Origin: an uncultured Gammaproteobacteria bacterium
Lineage (GTDB): Bacteria; Patescibacteriota; Microgenomatia; UBA8517
NCBI GenBank assembly: GCA_964600575.1
Contig: CAZRJH010000003.1
Span: forward strand, 81,640 to 145,639
DNA: 64,000 bases
Reading direction: 5' to 3'
Shown: positions 19,143-28,210 of the stretch, piece by piece
Numbering within the stretch: position 1 is the stretch's first letter
How the letters are laid out: each line of letters begins with the position of its first letter
The notes under the pieces: generated by a model
Databases searched by the model: none
The model's input: only the letters and a program-made list of their open reading frames with translations
Told to the model about the DNA's origin: nothing
Program-made: the position numbers and the translations under genes

Positions 19143-20012
19143 ATGAAAAAACTGTCGGTAGTTTTGGCAACAAGAAACGAAGAGCAAAATATAGCCCGAT
19201 GCCTTGGCGCAATAGCGAATATTGCGGACGAAATAATAATCGTAGACGAACATTCAACAGACAAAACCAGAGAGATTGCTAAAAAATACGGCGCAAAAGT
19301 CTTTTTGGAGGAACACCACGACATATTTCACATAACAAAGCAAAAGGCTTTAGATAAAGCGTCGGGTGAGTGGGTTCTACAATTAGATGCGGATGAGGTG
19401 GTGACACCGGAGCTTGCAGCAGAAATTAAAAAAATAATCTCGGCAGAAGCTTCTACTCTCGCATCTCTGGAAATATCAGACAACAAAAAAGCAAGGCTTT
19501 TTAAGAAGCACCAGGAATCTGTTTTTAAAAGAGACGGCACTGCAAGTAACACTGATGGAGAAGTAAACGGTTTTTTTATTGCTAGGGAAAACATATTTTT
19601 AGGTAAACCCTTAATACATGCAGGTGTTTATCCCGATGGGGTTGTAAGGCTGGTTAGAAACGGTTATGCGAGTTTTCCGCAAAAAAGCGTACATGAACAA
19701 ATATCAGTCAAGGGTCAGATAAAATGGCTGGAAAACGACTTGGAACATTATGATTCACCGACCTTTTTTAGATATATCGAAAGAGCAAATCGCTATACGG
19801 ATCTAACCGCCGCGGAAATGCAAAAGATTAATGTTTCCAAAAACACCTTTAGTTTTATTAAGTACGCAATTTTTAAGCCTATACAAATTTTTGCCAGTCT
19901 TTACTTGTTTCATAGAGGTTTTTTGGATGGACCGCCCGGATTTATTTGGTCTGTTTTTTCGGGTTTACATTTTCCTTTAGCTTACTTTAAATATATTACG
20001 AACGAAACTTAG
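19143..20012 (+). CDS. GT2 glycosyltransferase (WaaE/KdtX-like)
   Basis: LSVVLATRNEE, WVLQLDADE, YPDGVVRL, VHEQ. Confidence 0.88.
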   Translation: MKKLSVVLATRNEEQNIARCLGAIANIADEIIIVDEHSTDKTREIAKKYGAKVFLEEHHDIFHITKQKALDKASGEWVLQLDADEVVTPELAAEIKKIISAEASTLASLEISDNKKARLFKKHQESVFKRDGTASNTDGEVNGFFIARENIFLGKPLIHAGVYPDGVVRLVRNGYASFPQKSVHEQISVKGQIKWLENDLEHYDSPTFFRYIERANRYTDLTAAEMQKINVSKNTFSFIKYAIFKPIQIFASLYLFHRGFLDGPPGFIWSVFSGLHFPLAYFKYITNET

Positions 20013-20020
20013 AGCAATAA

Positions 20021-21061
20021 ATGCCAAATATCGATAAATATAAAATTGCAGTTGACGGAGGTCCCCTTAAAAGTGGAGACTCGATTCGAGGGATTGGTGT
20101 TTACACATCCGAACTTACTAAAAAGCTAGGAATAAACACCGTTGATGTTTTTTTGGAAGACCTTTCAAGATATCAAATAGTCCACTTTACTAGATTTAAC
20201 CCTTTTTTTAGAGCTTTTCCGTCAAAAAAACCGCAAGGGGTTAAGTTTGTACTTACTTTATACGACTTAATACCTTTAATTTACCCTGAAATATATAAAC
20301 CGGGCCTTAAAGGATCTATGAATTGGCAGATTAACAAATACAATATCGTTAGAAATTGCGATGCAGTAATAACAATTTCCGAAACTTCTAAAAAGGATAT
20401 CTGTAGGTTCACGGGAGTGGATCCAAATAAAGTTTTTGTCACTCATCTTGCCCCTAGATCAATTTTTAAAAAGATGAAAATAGACGATACCACCAAAAGC
20501 CATATCCTTAAGAAATACGGATTGCCTGATAAGTTTGTTCTCTATGTTGGGGATGTCAACTTTAACAAGAATATTCCGACTTTGGTTTCGGCATGTAATA
20601 AATACGGCGTTAAATTGGCGATAGCGGGAAAGCAGGTAAAAGAAATAGAAAATATGGATTTAAATCACCCCGAGCTTGCACATCTTAAAAACATCGCTTG
20701 GAAAGATGTTGCACGCTTGGGTTTTGTCGAAGACTCCGAGTTAAGCCTTCTATACAATCTGGCCTATGCTTACATTCAACCTTCTCTCTACGAAGGTTTT
20801 GGCCTTCCGGTCTTGGAAGCAATGGCCTGCGGCTGCCCTGTCGTCTCAAGCCGAACCCAAACGCTGGTAGAAATTTCCGGCGACACTTGTTTGTACGCGG
20901 ACCCGGATAGCGTAGAAGAATTTGCAAAATGCCTTAAAGCCTTGGAAGTCAAACAAACGAGAGATAAAGTTGTTAAACAACAAAGTTCCTGGCTAACTAA
21001 ATTTAATTGGCAAAAAACGGCGGCAGACACACTTAATGTATATGAAAAACTTCTTAGATAA
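20021..21061 (+). CDS. GT4 glycosyltransferase (MtfB/WbpY-like)
   Basis: RGIGVY, TLYDLIP, KNIP, PSLYEGFGLPVLEAMACGCP. Confidence 0.9.
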   Translation: MPNIDKYKIAVDGGPLKSGDSIRGIGVYTSELTKKLGINTVDVFLEDLSRYQIVHFTRFNPFFRAFPSKKPQGVKFVLTLYDLIPLIYPEIYKPGLKGSMNWQINKYNIVRNCDAVITISETSKKDICRFTGVDPNKVFVTHLAPRSIFKKMKIDDTTKSHILKKYGLPDKFVLYVGDVNFNKNIPTLVSACNKYGVKLAIAGKQVKEIENMDLNHPELAHLKNIAWKDVARLGFVEDSELSLLYNLAYAYIQPSLYEGFGLPVLEAMACGCPVVSSRTQTLVEISGDTCLYADPDSVEEFAKCLKALEVKQTRDKVVKQQSSWLTKFNWQKTAADTLNVYEKLLR

Positions 21062-22181
21062 GTTCGTTTTGTCAAAAATACTTTATTGGTTTATTTTTTT
21101 GCTTGTTATCCTTTTGTTTTCGGTTAATTTTGTAAAGCCGCAAAGAATTTTGTTAGGCGGCGGTTATGATAATTACATCAAAAACCCGTACTTGTTTGCT
21201 TTTGGCAACTTTGACGGCGAACATTATGCCTCTATCGCTAAAAGGGGTTATGTTTTGGGAGAGCGTGCTTTTTTCCCACTGTATCCCGGAATTTTGTATA
21301 TTTCTTCTAAAGTGTTTGGATCCGTCGATGCCTCGGTGTATTTTTCGGGGATTGTTGTCTCTTTGGTAAGTTTCTGTATTGGCCTAATCGGTCTTTATAG
21401 ATTAGTTAAAGAAGAGTTTGATGTCGGTATCGCAAAGCTTGTTGTTGTTTTGACTCTAGTCTTTCCCACATCTTTCTTTTTTGCCTCTGTTTACACGGAA
21501 GGTTTGTTTTTTGCGCTTTTGGTCTGGTCTTTTTACTTTGCGCGAAAAGGACAATTCATAAAAGCGTCAATTGTTGCCGCCTTTTTAACGGCAACCAGGT
21601 TCGTGGGGGTAATAATTATTCCTATAATAATCTGGGAGTGGTACCAAAAGTATTCAAACAAGAAACAAAAAACTCTTCCATGGTTTTTGGTTTTACCACC
21701 TCTTGGCCTTTTGGTTTACATGGTCTATTTAAACAACTCCGTAGGAGACCCTTTTGCTTTTTATAACAACATGTCTATATTCGGGGAACAAAGGTCATCT
21801 CACCCAATACTTCTTCCTCAAGTTATATACAGATATATTTTTAAAATTTTACCTTCTATAAATTTAAATTATTTTCCGGTGTTGTTTGTAACATTCCTTG
21901 AGTTTTTTATTGGCATAGGCTATTTATTTTTGACGGTATTTTCATTTTTTAAGTTGCCATTTTCTTATTCCGTACTTCTCGCGGCGGGGTATGTTATTCC
22001 TACTTTATCGGGTAGCTTTTCTTCTATGCCGAGGTATGTTTTGGTGCTTTTCCCCGCCTATATAATGACGGCGGTATGGCTTAGGAGCAATAAGAAATTG
22101 ACTTTTGCTTTTATATCTATATGCACTATACTTCTAATAATTTCCTTCACTCTTTTTAGTAGGGGGTATTGGATTTCCTAG
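21036..22181 (+). CDS. GT-C mannosyltransferase-like protein (PIG-V/GT76-like)
   Basis: NFDGEHYASIAKRGY, AFFPLYP, FPTSFFFASVYTEGLF, ATR, SMPRY; multi-TM. Alternative ATG at 21042. Confidence 0.8.
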   Translation: MYMKNFLDKFVLSKILYWFIFLLVILLFSVNFVKPQRILLGGGYDNYIKNPYLFAFGNFDGEHYASIAKRGYVLGERAFFPLYPGILYISSKVFGSVDASVYFSGIVVSLVSFCIGLIGLYRLVKEEFDVGIAKLVVVLTLVFPTSFFFASVYTEGLFFALLVWSFYFARKGQFIKASIVAAFLTATRFVGVIIIPIIIWEWYQKYSNKKQKTLPWFLVLPPLGLLVYMVYLNNSVGDPFAFYNNMSIFGEQRSSHPILLPQVIYRYIFKILPSINLNYFPVLFVTFLEFFIGIGYLFLTVFSFFKLPFSYSVLLAAGYVIPTLSGSFSSMPRYVLVLFPAYIMTAVWLRSNKKLTFAFISICTILLIISFTLFSRGYWIS

Positions 22182-22186
22182 CTCAT

Positions 22187-23125
22187 ATGTCTAATAAATT
22201 TTGGAGTGATAAAAAAGTTTTAGTTACAGGGGGCAACGGCTTTTTGGGAACAAAACTGGTTAAAAAACTTAAGGACCTGGGGGTTAAAAAAGTTATTGTT
22301 CCGGGTTTTAAAGATTTTGATCTAAGACAATATGACAACTGTCTAAAAGTTTCCAAAGGGGTTGATGTTGTCATACATTTGGCGGCAAATGTCGGTGGCA
22401 TAGGCTATAACAGAGAGTTTCCCGGGACGCTTTTTGACGATAATATTTTAATGGGCACTCACATGATGATGGCTTCAAGAATAAACAAAGTTAAAAAGTA
22501 TGTAGCATTAGGCACTATTTGTGCATATCCAAAATTTACAAAAGTCCCATTCAAGGAAGAATATCTTTGGGACGGATACCCCGAAGAAACAAATGCCCCT
22601 TACGGGCTGGCGAAAAAGATGCAACTGGTTCAAGCCCAAGCATATCGTCAACAATACGGATTTAATGCTATTTTTCTGCTTCCTGTTAACTTGTACGGCC
22701 CGGGAGATAACTTTAGCCCAAAGTCATCTCATGTAATCCCCGCCCTTATCAAAAAGTTTGTTGAAGCTGAAAAAGATAATAAAAAAGAGGTTGAGATATG
22801 GGGAACAGGTCGGGCTTCCAGAGAGTTTTTATATGTGGACGACGCTGCGGAGGCCATAATATTGGCTGCAGAAAAATATAACAAAGCCGATCCTGTTAAT
22901 CTTGGTTCAGGTTTCGAAATAACAATAAAAGAGCTTGCTCAAAAGATTAAACGAATGACCGGTTTTGAGGGTAAGCTTATTTGGGATAAGACGAAACCTG
23001 ACGGTCAACCAAGAAGAATGTTGGATGTGTCAAAGGCAAAAAAAGAATTTGGATTTTTAGCTAAAACCGGATTTGAAGATGGTCTTGAGGAAACAATTTC
23101 CTGGTATCTTCAAAAGAATAAATGA
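22187..23125 (+). CDS. fcl: GDP-L-fucose synthase family epimerase/reductase
   Basis: GGNGFLG, HLAANVGGIGYN, ICAYPK, EETNAPYGLAKK, NLYGPGDNF, SSHVIPALI, REFLYVDD, KPDGQPRR. Confidence 0.88.
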   Translation: MSNKFWSDKKVLVTGGNGFLGTKLVKKLKDLGVKKVIVPGFKDFDLRQYDNCLKVSKGVDVVIHLAANVGGIGYNREFPGTLFDDNILMGTHMMMASRINKVKKYVALGTICAYPKFTKVPFKEEYLWDGYPEETNAPYGLAKKMQLVQAQAYRQQYGFNAIFLLPVNLYGPGDNFSPKSSHVIPALIKKFVEAEKDNKKEVEIWGTGRASREFLYVDDAAEAIILAAEKYNKADPVNLGSGFEITIKELAQKIKRMTGFEGKLIWDKTKPDGQPRRMLDVSKAKKEFGFLAKTGFEDGLEETISWYLQKNK

Positions 23126-23781
23126 CAAAGACTGTGGTAATTGTCCCGTTTTATAACGAATCAAAGTCAATTGAGGGTGTTTTGCGAGGCATAGTGAAGT
23201 TGGGATACAAGGTGGTTGCTGTAGATGACGGCTCAAAAGACGGCGGCTTGACCGAGAAAATAAAAAATGTAACCCAATTACGACACAAAGTGAACTTGGG
23301 CAAAGGGGCTGCAATGAAGACTGGTGTTAAATGGGCTACGGATAACGGATATGACTTCTTTATTTTTATGGACGCTGACGATCAGCACGATCCGGAGGAT
23401 CTTAAAAACTTTTACAAACAAATTAGTTCCGGTAGGTACGATATAATTTTCGGATCTAGGAACATGAACTTCGCTGTACCTTTGGTTCGTTTTTTTGGAA
23501 ATAAACTAGCTTCAGCTGTAATATCTCTTCTTTTCGGTATTTACGTATCGGATGGTTTGTGCGGTTTCAGAGCTTTAACAAAAAAGGCGTTTCAAAAAAT
23601 CGAATGGGAATCAACGGGATACGGGGTAGAGTTGGAAATGGTAATCAGAACCGGTAAAAACAAGCTTCGCTATAAGGAAGTACCGGTGAAAACTAAGTAC
23701 CTCGACTCAGTCAAAGGCGTAACTGTCCTTGATGCTTTTGGAATTTTTTGGGAAGTTATTAAATGGAAAATAACTATCTGA
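23122..23781 (+). CDS. GT2 polyprenol-phosphate-sugar synthase (DPM/PpgS/GacI-like)
   Basis: VDDGSKD, HKVNLGKGAAMKTG, MDADDQHDP, GSR, SDGLCGFRA, ELEM. Confidence 0.85.
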   Translation: MTKTVVIVPFYNESKSIEGVLRGIVKLGYKVVAVDDGSKDGGLTEKIKNVTQLRHKVNLGKGAAMKTGVKWATDNGYDFFIFMDADDQHDPEDLKNFYKQISSGRYDIIFGSRNMNFAVPLVRFFGNKLASAVISLLFGIYVSDGLCGFRALTKKAFQKIEWESTGYGVELEMVIRTGKNKLRYKEVPVKTKYLDSVKGVTVLDAFGIFWEVIKWKITI

Positions 23782-23820
23782 CTTTAGCTATGATAGTGTA
23801 GAATATGCGTAGTTCTGTAT

Positions 23821-24153
23821 ATGATAATAGGAATACAAATAATAGGCATACTTTTCAGTTTTTCGATGGTTTATTTTGCCGTTCTCCACTACAAACGCTC
23901 AGAAATATCTAAAACCGAAATATTCACATGGCTTTTGATATGGTCGTTTGCGATAGTTGTTATTATATTCCCCGAAATATTAAGAGGTTTCTCGAACGCA
24001 TTTTTGGTAACCAGGGTTTTCGACCTTATGGTTATCGGCGGATTTGTCGTAAGTTTATCCTTAGTTGCAACTTCTTACGTTAAAACAAAAAAATTGGAAA
24101 AGAAAATTGAAGATTGGGTTAGAAAAGACGCTCTCAGTTCTAGGAAAAAGTGA
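23821..24153 (+). CDS. Small 3-TM membrane protein, DUF2304-like (GacJ/Rv3632-like)
   Basis: 110 aa, three hydrophobic segments, W-x3-W...IFP pattern and a charged C-terminal helix. Follows a DPM-like GT2. Confidence 0.75.
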   Translation: MIIGIQIIGILFSFSMVYFAVLHYKRSEISKTEIFTWLLIWSFAIVVIIFPEILRGFSNAFLVTRVFDLMVIGGFVVSLSLVATSYVKTKKLEKKIEDWVRKDALSSRKK

Positions 24154-24929
24154 AATCGATTATGCCCAACCCTAAGATTTCGATCGTAATACCTTCACTT
24201 AATAAAGGGGAATATATAAAAAGGACACTAGATTCAATCTTTTCGCAAAGTTACAAAAATTTCGAGGTTATAGTAATGGATGGTGGGTCAACAGATCAAA
24301 CTCTCAAAATACTTAAAAAATTCACATCAAAATACCCCAACAAGATATCTGTTGAGTCAAAAAAAGACGAAGGACAAGCTGCGGCAGTGAATTCAGGCAT
24401 TAAAAAAAGCAGTGGCGATGTTGTCGCCTATATAAATGCTGACGATTATTATTTGGGAGAGGTTTTTTCTAAGATTGCTAAAGTCTATAAAGCGGCTGTA
24501 AATTGGTATGTCGGTGATGGTGTTGTGGTTAGTCAAGAAGGAGTGGAAATCTTTAAATTTGTAAGCTTTTACAAAAAGATACTCAAAAAGATTAATAGTT
24601 ACAAACTATTACTTGTAGTAAATTACATTGTTCAGCCTTCCGTTTTTCTATCAAGACGAGCATACGACGAATTTGGTCCTTTCAGCGGAAGTAAAAAATT
24701 CATAACCGAATACGAGATGTGGCTAAAGCTGGGAAAGATCGGTATGCCTAATTTGATCGATGAAGATGTTTCAGCATTTAGGATGTATCCTCAGACAATA
24801 ACAGGATCAAGTTCGGCTATATTACTACAAGAAGACGAGAGAATAGTAAAAAAGTATACAAAAAATAAGATCTATATTTTCTTGCACAGACTCAATAATT
24901 TAGCAAGGAAAATTGTTCAATCTTTGTAG
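24150..24929 (+). CDS. GT2 glycosyltransferase (WfgS/WcaE-like)
   Basis: ISIVIPSLN, MDGGSTD, DEGQAAAVNSG, INADD, QPSVF. Confidence 0.88.
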   Translation: MKSIMPNPKISIVIPSLNKGEYIKRTLDSIFSQSYKNFEVIVMDGGSTDQTLKILKKFTSKYPNKISVESKKDEGQAAAVNSGIKKSSGDVVAYINADDYYLGEVFSKIAKVYKAAVNWYVGDGVVVSQEGVEIFKFVSFYKKILKKINSYKLLLVVNYIVQPSVFLSRRAYDEFGPFSGSKKFITEYEMWLKLGKIGMPNLIDEDVSAFRMYPQTITGSSSAILLQEDERIVKKYTKNKIYIFLHRLNNLARKIVQSL

Positions 24930-26387
24930 ATGAAAAATTTTTTTAATAAAAACAAATTTTTAATATTCATCTGCCTTTTGGGCTTCGTGTTATATTTTCC
25001 GTCACTTTTTGGATTTTACACTAACGATGATTTCTATCACCTAAAGTTGGCAAACGCAAAAACTGTAGGAGATTTTTTTAACTTCTTTAATCTTTTTAAA
25101 AGCGCCGGAGGACAGCTCTTGTATAGGCCGCTGACCACCCATGTCTTTTATTTCCTAGGCTGGTCTTTATTTGACCTAAACCCGTTGTGGCTTCACGTTG
25201 TTTCGTTTGTTATGTATTTTTTTACAATTTTTATTGTTCAAAGGATTTCTTTTGAAATCACACAAGACAACAAGAGGTCGATTTTGGTAGCATTCCTTTA
25301 CGGTGTTTCGGCAAGCCATTTTGGCCATTTATATTATTTGGCAACAGAAATTATTTTGGCGGTTTTTTTCTTTCCTGCCGTTTATTTTTTTATTAGGTAT
25401 ATAAAAAGCGGGAAGATTCTTTTCTACTTTTATACATTTGTATTCTTTGTGTTTGGGTTAATGGCTAAGGAAAACTCAATTGTTTTGCTTGGAGTATATC
25501 CGTTGTCTTTCGCTTTATTAAAATACAAAAAAATCTCGGTTGTTGATGCAAAATTATTTGTAAAGATTTATATTCCGTTTATTTTGATTTCAATGGTTTA
25601 TTTATATTTACATTTTTCAAAATACGGTGTTGTAAGTGGAGACACTTATTCATTTAACTTTTCACCTTTAAGAGCTGTCAATACCATTGCTTGGTATCTT
25701 TTTTGGTCATTCAACATTCCGGAAATGTTTTTGGATTTTATTGGTCCGGGTTTAAAAGTTAATCAAAACCTAACTCTGTTCTGGGGAGGATATGTCTATC
25801 CAATTGTCACACTGTTTATCTCACAGATTGTTATTCTTTCTGTGATTTTTTACAGAAGGATAAAAAATATTACCAATAATGTAACCATTTATTTGTTTTC
25901 TGTTGTCTGGTTTGTTTTTACCCTAGCTCCAATATTGTTTCTACCGGAACATAAGTTTAGTTTTTATTTAACTCTACCGCTTTTTGGGGTGGCATTGTTT
26001 ATTTCGGAAGTTATTTATAAACAAAATAAAAAGATGATAGTGCTATTCTTGTTGCTGTGGGTTTTCACATCAGTTTTGACGCTCAAGCTAACGTTTGTGA
26101 CCAACTGGATAACCCAAGGCCAAGCTATTTCTAAAAGGGTTGATTTATTTTTTAAGGAAAATTCTCAAAAATTCATAAATAAACAAATATATTTTATAGA
26201 TACGGATAAAGATGACAGCTTGCCTTGGTCTCCAACCGAAACTGTCAAGACGGCACTTTCGGATAAAAACTATTTCGACGTGTTTCACCCGGATATTTCT
26301 GAGAATATACATTATTGGGGATACGAAACCTTACCTGAAGAAAAAGATATTTATGTAATCAACTCCAGAATTTTTCTGGGTTATTGA
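24930..26387 (+). CDS. GT-C membrane glycosyltransferase
   Basis: TNDDFYHL after TM1, YRPL, MAKE motif; multi-TM with a soluble C-terminal tail. Confidence 0.75.
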   Translation: MKNFFNKNKFLIFICLLGFVLYFPSLFGFYTNDDFYHLKLANAKTVGDFFNFFNLFKSAGGQLLYRPLTTHVFYFLGWSLFDLNPLWLHVVSFVMYFFTIFIVQRISFEITQDNKRSILVAFLYGVSASHFGHLYYLATEIILAVFFFPAVYFFIRYIKSGKILFYFYTFVFFVFGLMAKENSIVLLGVYPLSFALLKYKKISVVDAKLFVKIYIPFILISMVYLYLHFSKYGVVSGDTYSFNFSPLRAVNTIAWYLFWSFNIPEMFLDFIGPGLKVNQNLTLFWGGYVYPIVTLFISQIVILSVIFYRRIKNITNNVTIYLFSVVWFVFTLAPILFLPEHKFSFYLTLPLFGVALFISEVIYKQNKKMIVLFLLLWVFTSVLTLKLTFVTNWITQGQAISKRVDLFFKENSQKFINKQIYFIDTDKDDSLPWSPTETVKTALSDKNYFDVFHPDISENIHYWGYETLPEEKDIYVINSRIFLGY

Positions 26388-26397
26388 ATCAAATAAG

Positions 26398-27051
26398 ATG
26401 TCGAAAATTGCAGAACATTTTGACAATATTGCCAAAGATTATGACAGTTACAAGAAAAATAATAGTTTTTACTATTCAAACCTTAAGAATCTTTTGGCAA
26501 GATTAATACCAAAAAATTCAAAAGTTATGGAAATAGGTTGTGGAACGGGTGATATCTTAGCTCATCTTGAACCAAAAAGTGGTTATGGAGTCGACATCAG
26601 TCGTAATATGGTTAGGCTTGCCAAAAGCAAATACAAGCAATTAGATAACTTAACATTCTCAACAACATACCCTGACGGACTTTATGATTACGTTTTTATG
26701 GCCGACGTTGTGGAGCATTTAGATAATCCATTGCGCGTGTTTGAAGCAGCGTATAAACATCTGAGAAAGAAAGGCATTTTTGTGATTACTATGGCAAATC
26801 CGATATGGGAGCCGCTTTTAATGTTTTGGGAAAAAATGGGTTGGAAAATGCCCGAAGGCTATCACAAGCGTCTTGGTTACAAAGAAATAGTGAAGATGGT
26901 GAGAACGACCGGAAAATACAAAACTCGACATATTTACGAACTACTTATTCCTGTCAACATATTTTTCCTCACAAAATTTGTTAACAAATTTTTATTCAAA
27001 TATTTTGAAAGATTTTCTTTTATAGAGTGTCTGATTTTCACCAAACTTTAA
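26398..27051 (+). CDS. Class I SAM-dependent methyltransferase
   Basis: MEIGCGTG, GVDIS, YDYVFMADVVEHL. Confidence 0.88.
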   Translation: MSKIAEHFDNIAKDYDSYKKNNSFYYSNLKNLLARLIPKNSKVMEIGCGTGDILAHLEPKSGYGVDISRNMVRLAKSKYKQLDNLTFSTTYPDGLYDYVFMADVVEHLDNPLRVFEAAYKHLRKKGIFVITMANPIWEPLLMFWEKMGWKMPEGYHKRLGYKEIVKMVRTTGKYKTRHIYELLIPVNIFFLTKFVNKFLFKYFERFSFIECLIFTKL

Positions 27052-28162
27052 ACTCCAAAAAAGCTCTAAATACCATTTTTATGAGTAGTAAACCGTGGTA
27101 AAACCTGTTTATGTTCGTTGAACCGTAAATGCGCTCTTTGTATCTAACTGGAACCTCCACAATTTTCAGTCTTCGCTTTACTGCAGTAAATATTAAAGCA
27201 AAATCGCCAAATGGGTCAGTTTCAAGATACTTTAAGTAGTCTTTCTTATATTTTATAAAATCTTTTCTGAATAATGCCTTAGTGCCGCATAAAGTATCCT
27301 TAAATCTGGTTTCAAAAATTCGACTGAATATTTTCCCAAAAAACATATTTGCGATTTTATTCAAAGTCCGCATGGCATCGACCTCCATGGGATATACAAG
27401 TCTGCACCCGTTTGCAAATTCGGCCTTTCCAGAAGCCAATAAGTTATAAAATTTCACTAAATCTTTTGAGCTAACAGTCATGTCAGCATCGTAGATTATT
27501 AATATATCTCCCGTTGCTTTTTCAAAACCCAGCCTAACGGCGTCAGACTTGCCGACACCCTTTTGTATATAGGCTTTTACATTTCGATATTTTTTTACAA
27601 TTTTTTGGATTTCTTTCCAGGTTCCGTCACTTGAGTGGCCCTCTACAAATATTATCTCTTGTTTTCTTCCGAACTTGGGAATACTTTTGATAATCTTGGG
27701 GATATTTCCAGCCTCGTTTTTTGCAGGAATAATAATTGTGGAGGTTAGCTTTTTAATTGTCGGTTGGTTTATAGGTTCAGCGGTTGTAAGATAAGTTGTT
27801 CCAAAAAACACTCTTTTTGTATTTGTAACCTTGTATCCTGATAAAAAAAGCATATTTTCCACGTCATCGGGGTCTGCCCAGTTTCTTAAATTTTTATTTT
27901 TCCTGATTCTGGCAAAATCGGCCAATTTAAAAAAAATTTCCAATAAATGGTTTGGATATATAACAAGTATTTTGGACTTGTTTCCGTTTCTGGAAGATCT
28001 CACTTTGGTGAAAAAACTTTGTATATCATGAGCGTTGGAAACGGTATCGACAAAAACTTTACCTTCAAATTTGCGAGACTCCAAATCGATGCCTTTGTGA
28101 TATGCTTGCCTTGGTTTGTTGGTTATAATGCGATAGAATTCGAGCAACTTGTTTTTTTGCAT
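27038..28162 (-). CDS. GT2 DPM-synthase-like glycosyltransferase with a degenerate N-terminal methyltransferase-like domain
   Basis: IIIPAKNEAGNI, VEGHSSDGT, GKSDAVRLGF, YDADMT, KDTLCGTK, DPFGDF. The roughly 135-aa N-terminal extension lacks GxGxG. Confidence 0.82.
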   Translation of the reverse strand: MQKNKLLEFYRIITNKPRQAYHKGIDLESRKFEGKVFVDTVSNAHDIQSFFTKVRSSRNGNKSKILVIYPNHLLEIFFKLADFARIRKNKNLRNWADPDDVENMLFLSGYKVTNTKRVFFGTTYLTTAEPINQPTIKKLTSTIIIPAKNEAGNIPKIIKSIPKFGRKQEIIFVEGHSSDGTWKEIQKIVKKYRNVKAYIQKGVGKSDAVRLGFEKATGDILIIYDADMTVSSKDLVKFYNLLASGKAEFANGCRLVYPMEVDAMRTLNKIANMFFGKIFSRIFETRFKDTLCGTKALFRKDFIKYKKDYLKYLETDPFGDFALIFTAVKRRLKIVEVPVRYKERIYGSTNINRFYHGLLLIKMVFRAFLEFKVW

Positions 28163-28175
28163 TGGTTAACACGAT

Positions 28176-28183
28176 ATTATAAT
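28176..28183. promoter_or_regulatory. Palindromic ATTATAAT giving TATAAT on both strands (putative bidirectional -10)
   Basis: Lies in the 48-nt gap between divergent ATGs at 28162 and 28211. A second TAAAAT is at 28193-28198. Confidence 0.5.
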
Positions 28184-28210
28184 CGAAGAGGTTAAAATCA
28201 CAATTAATTT

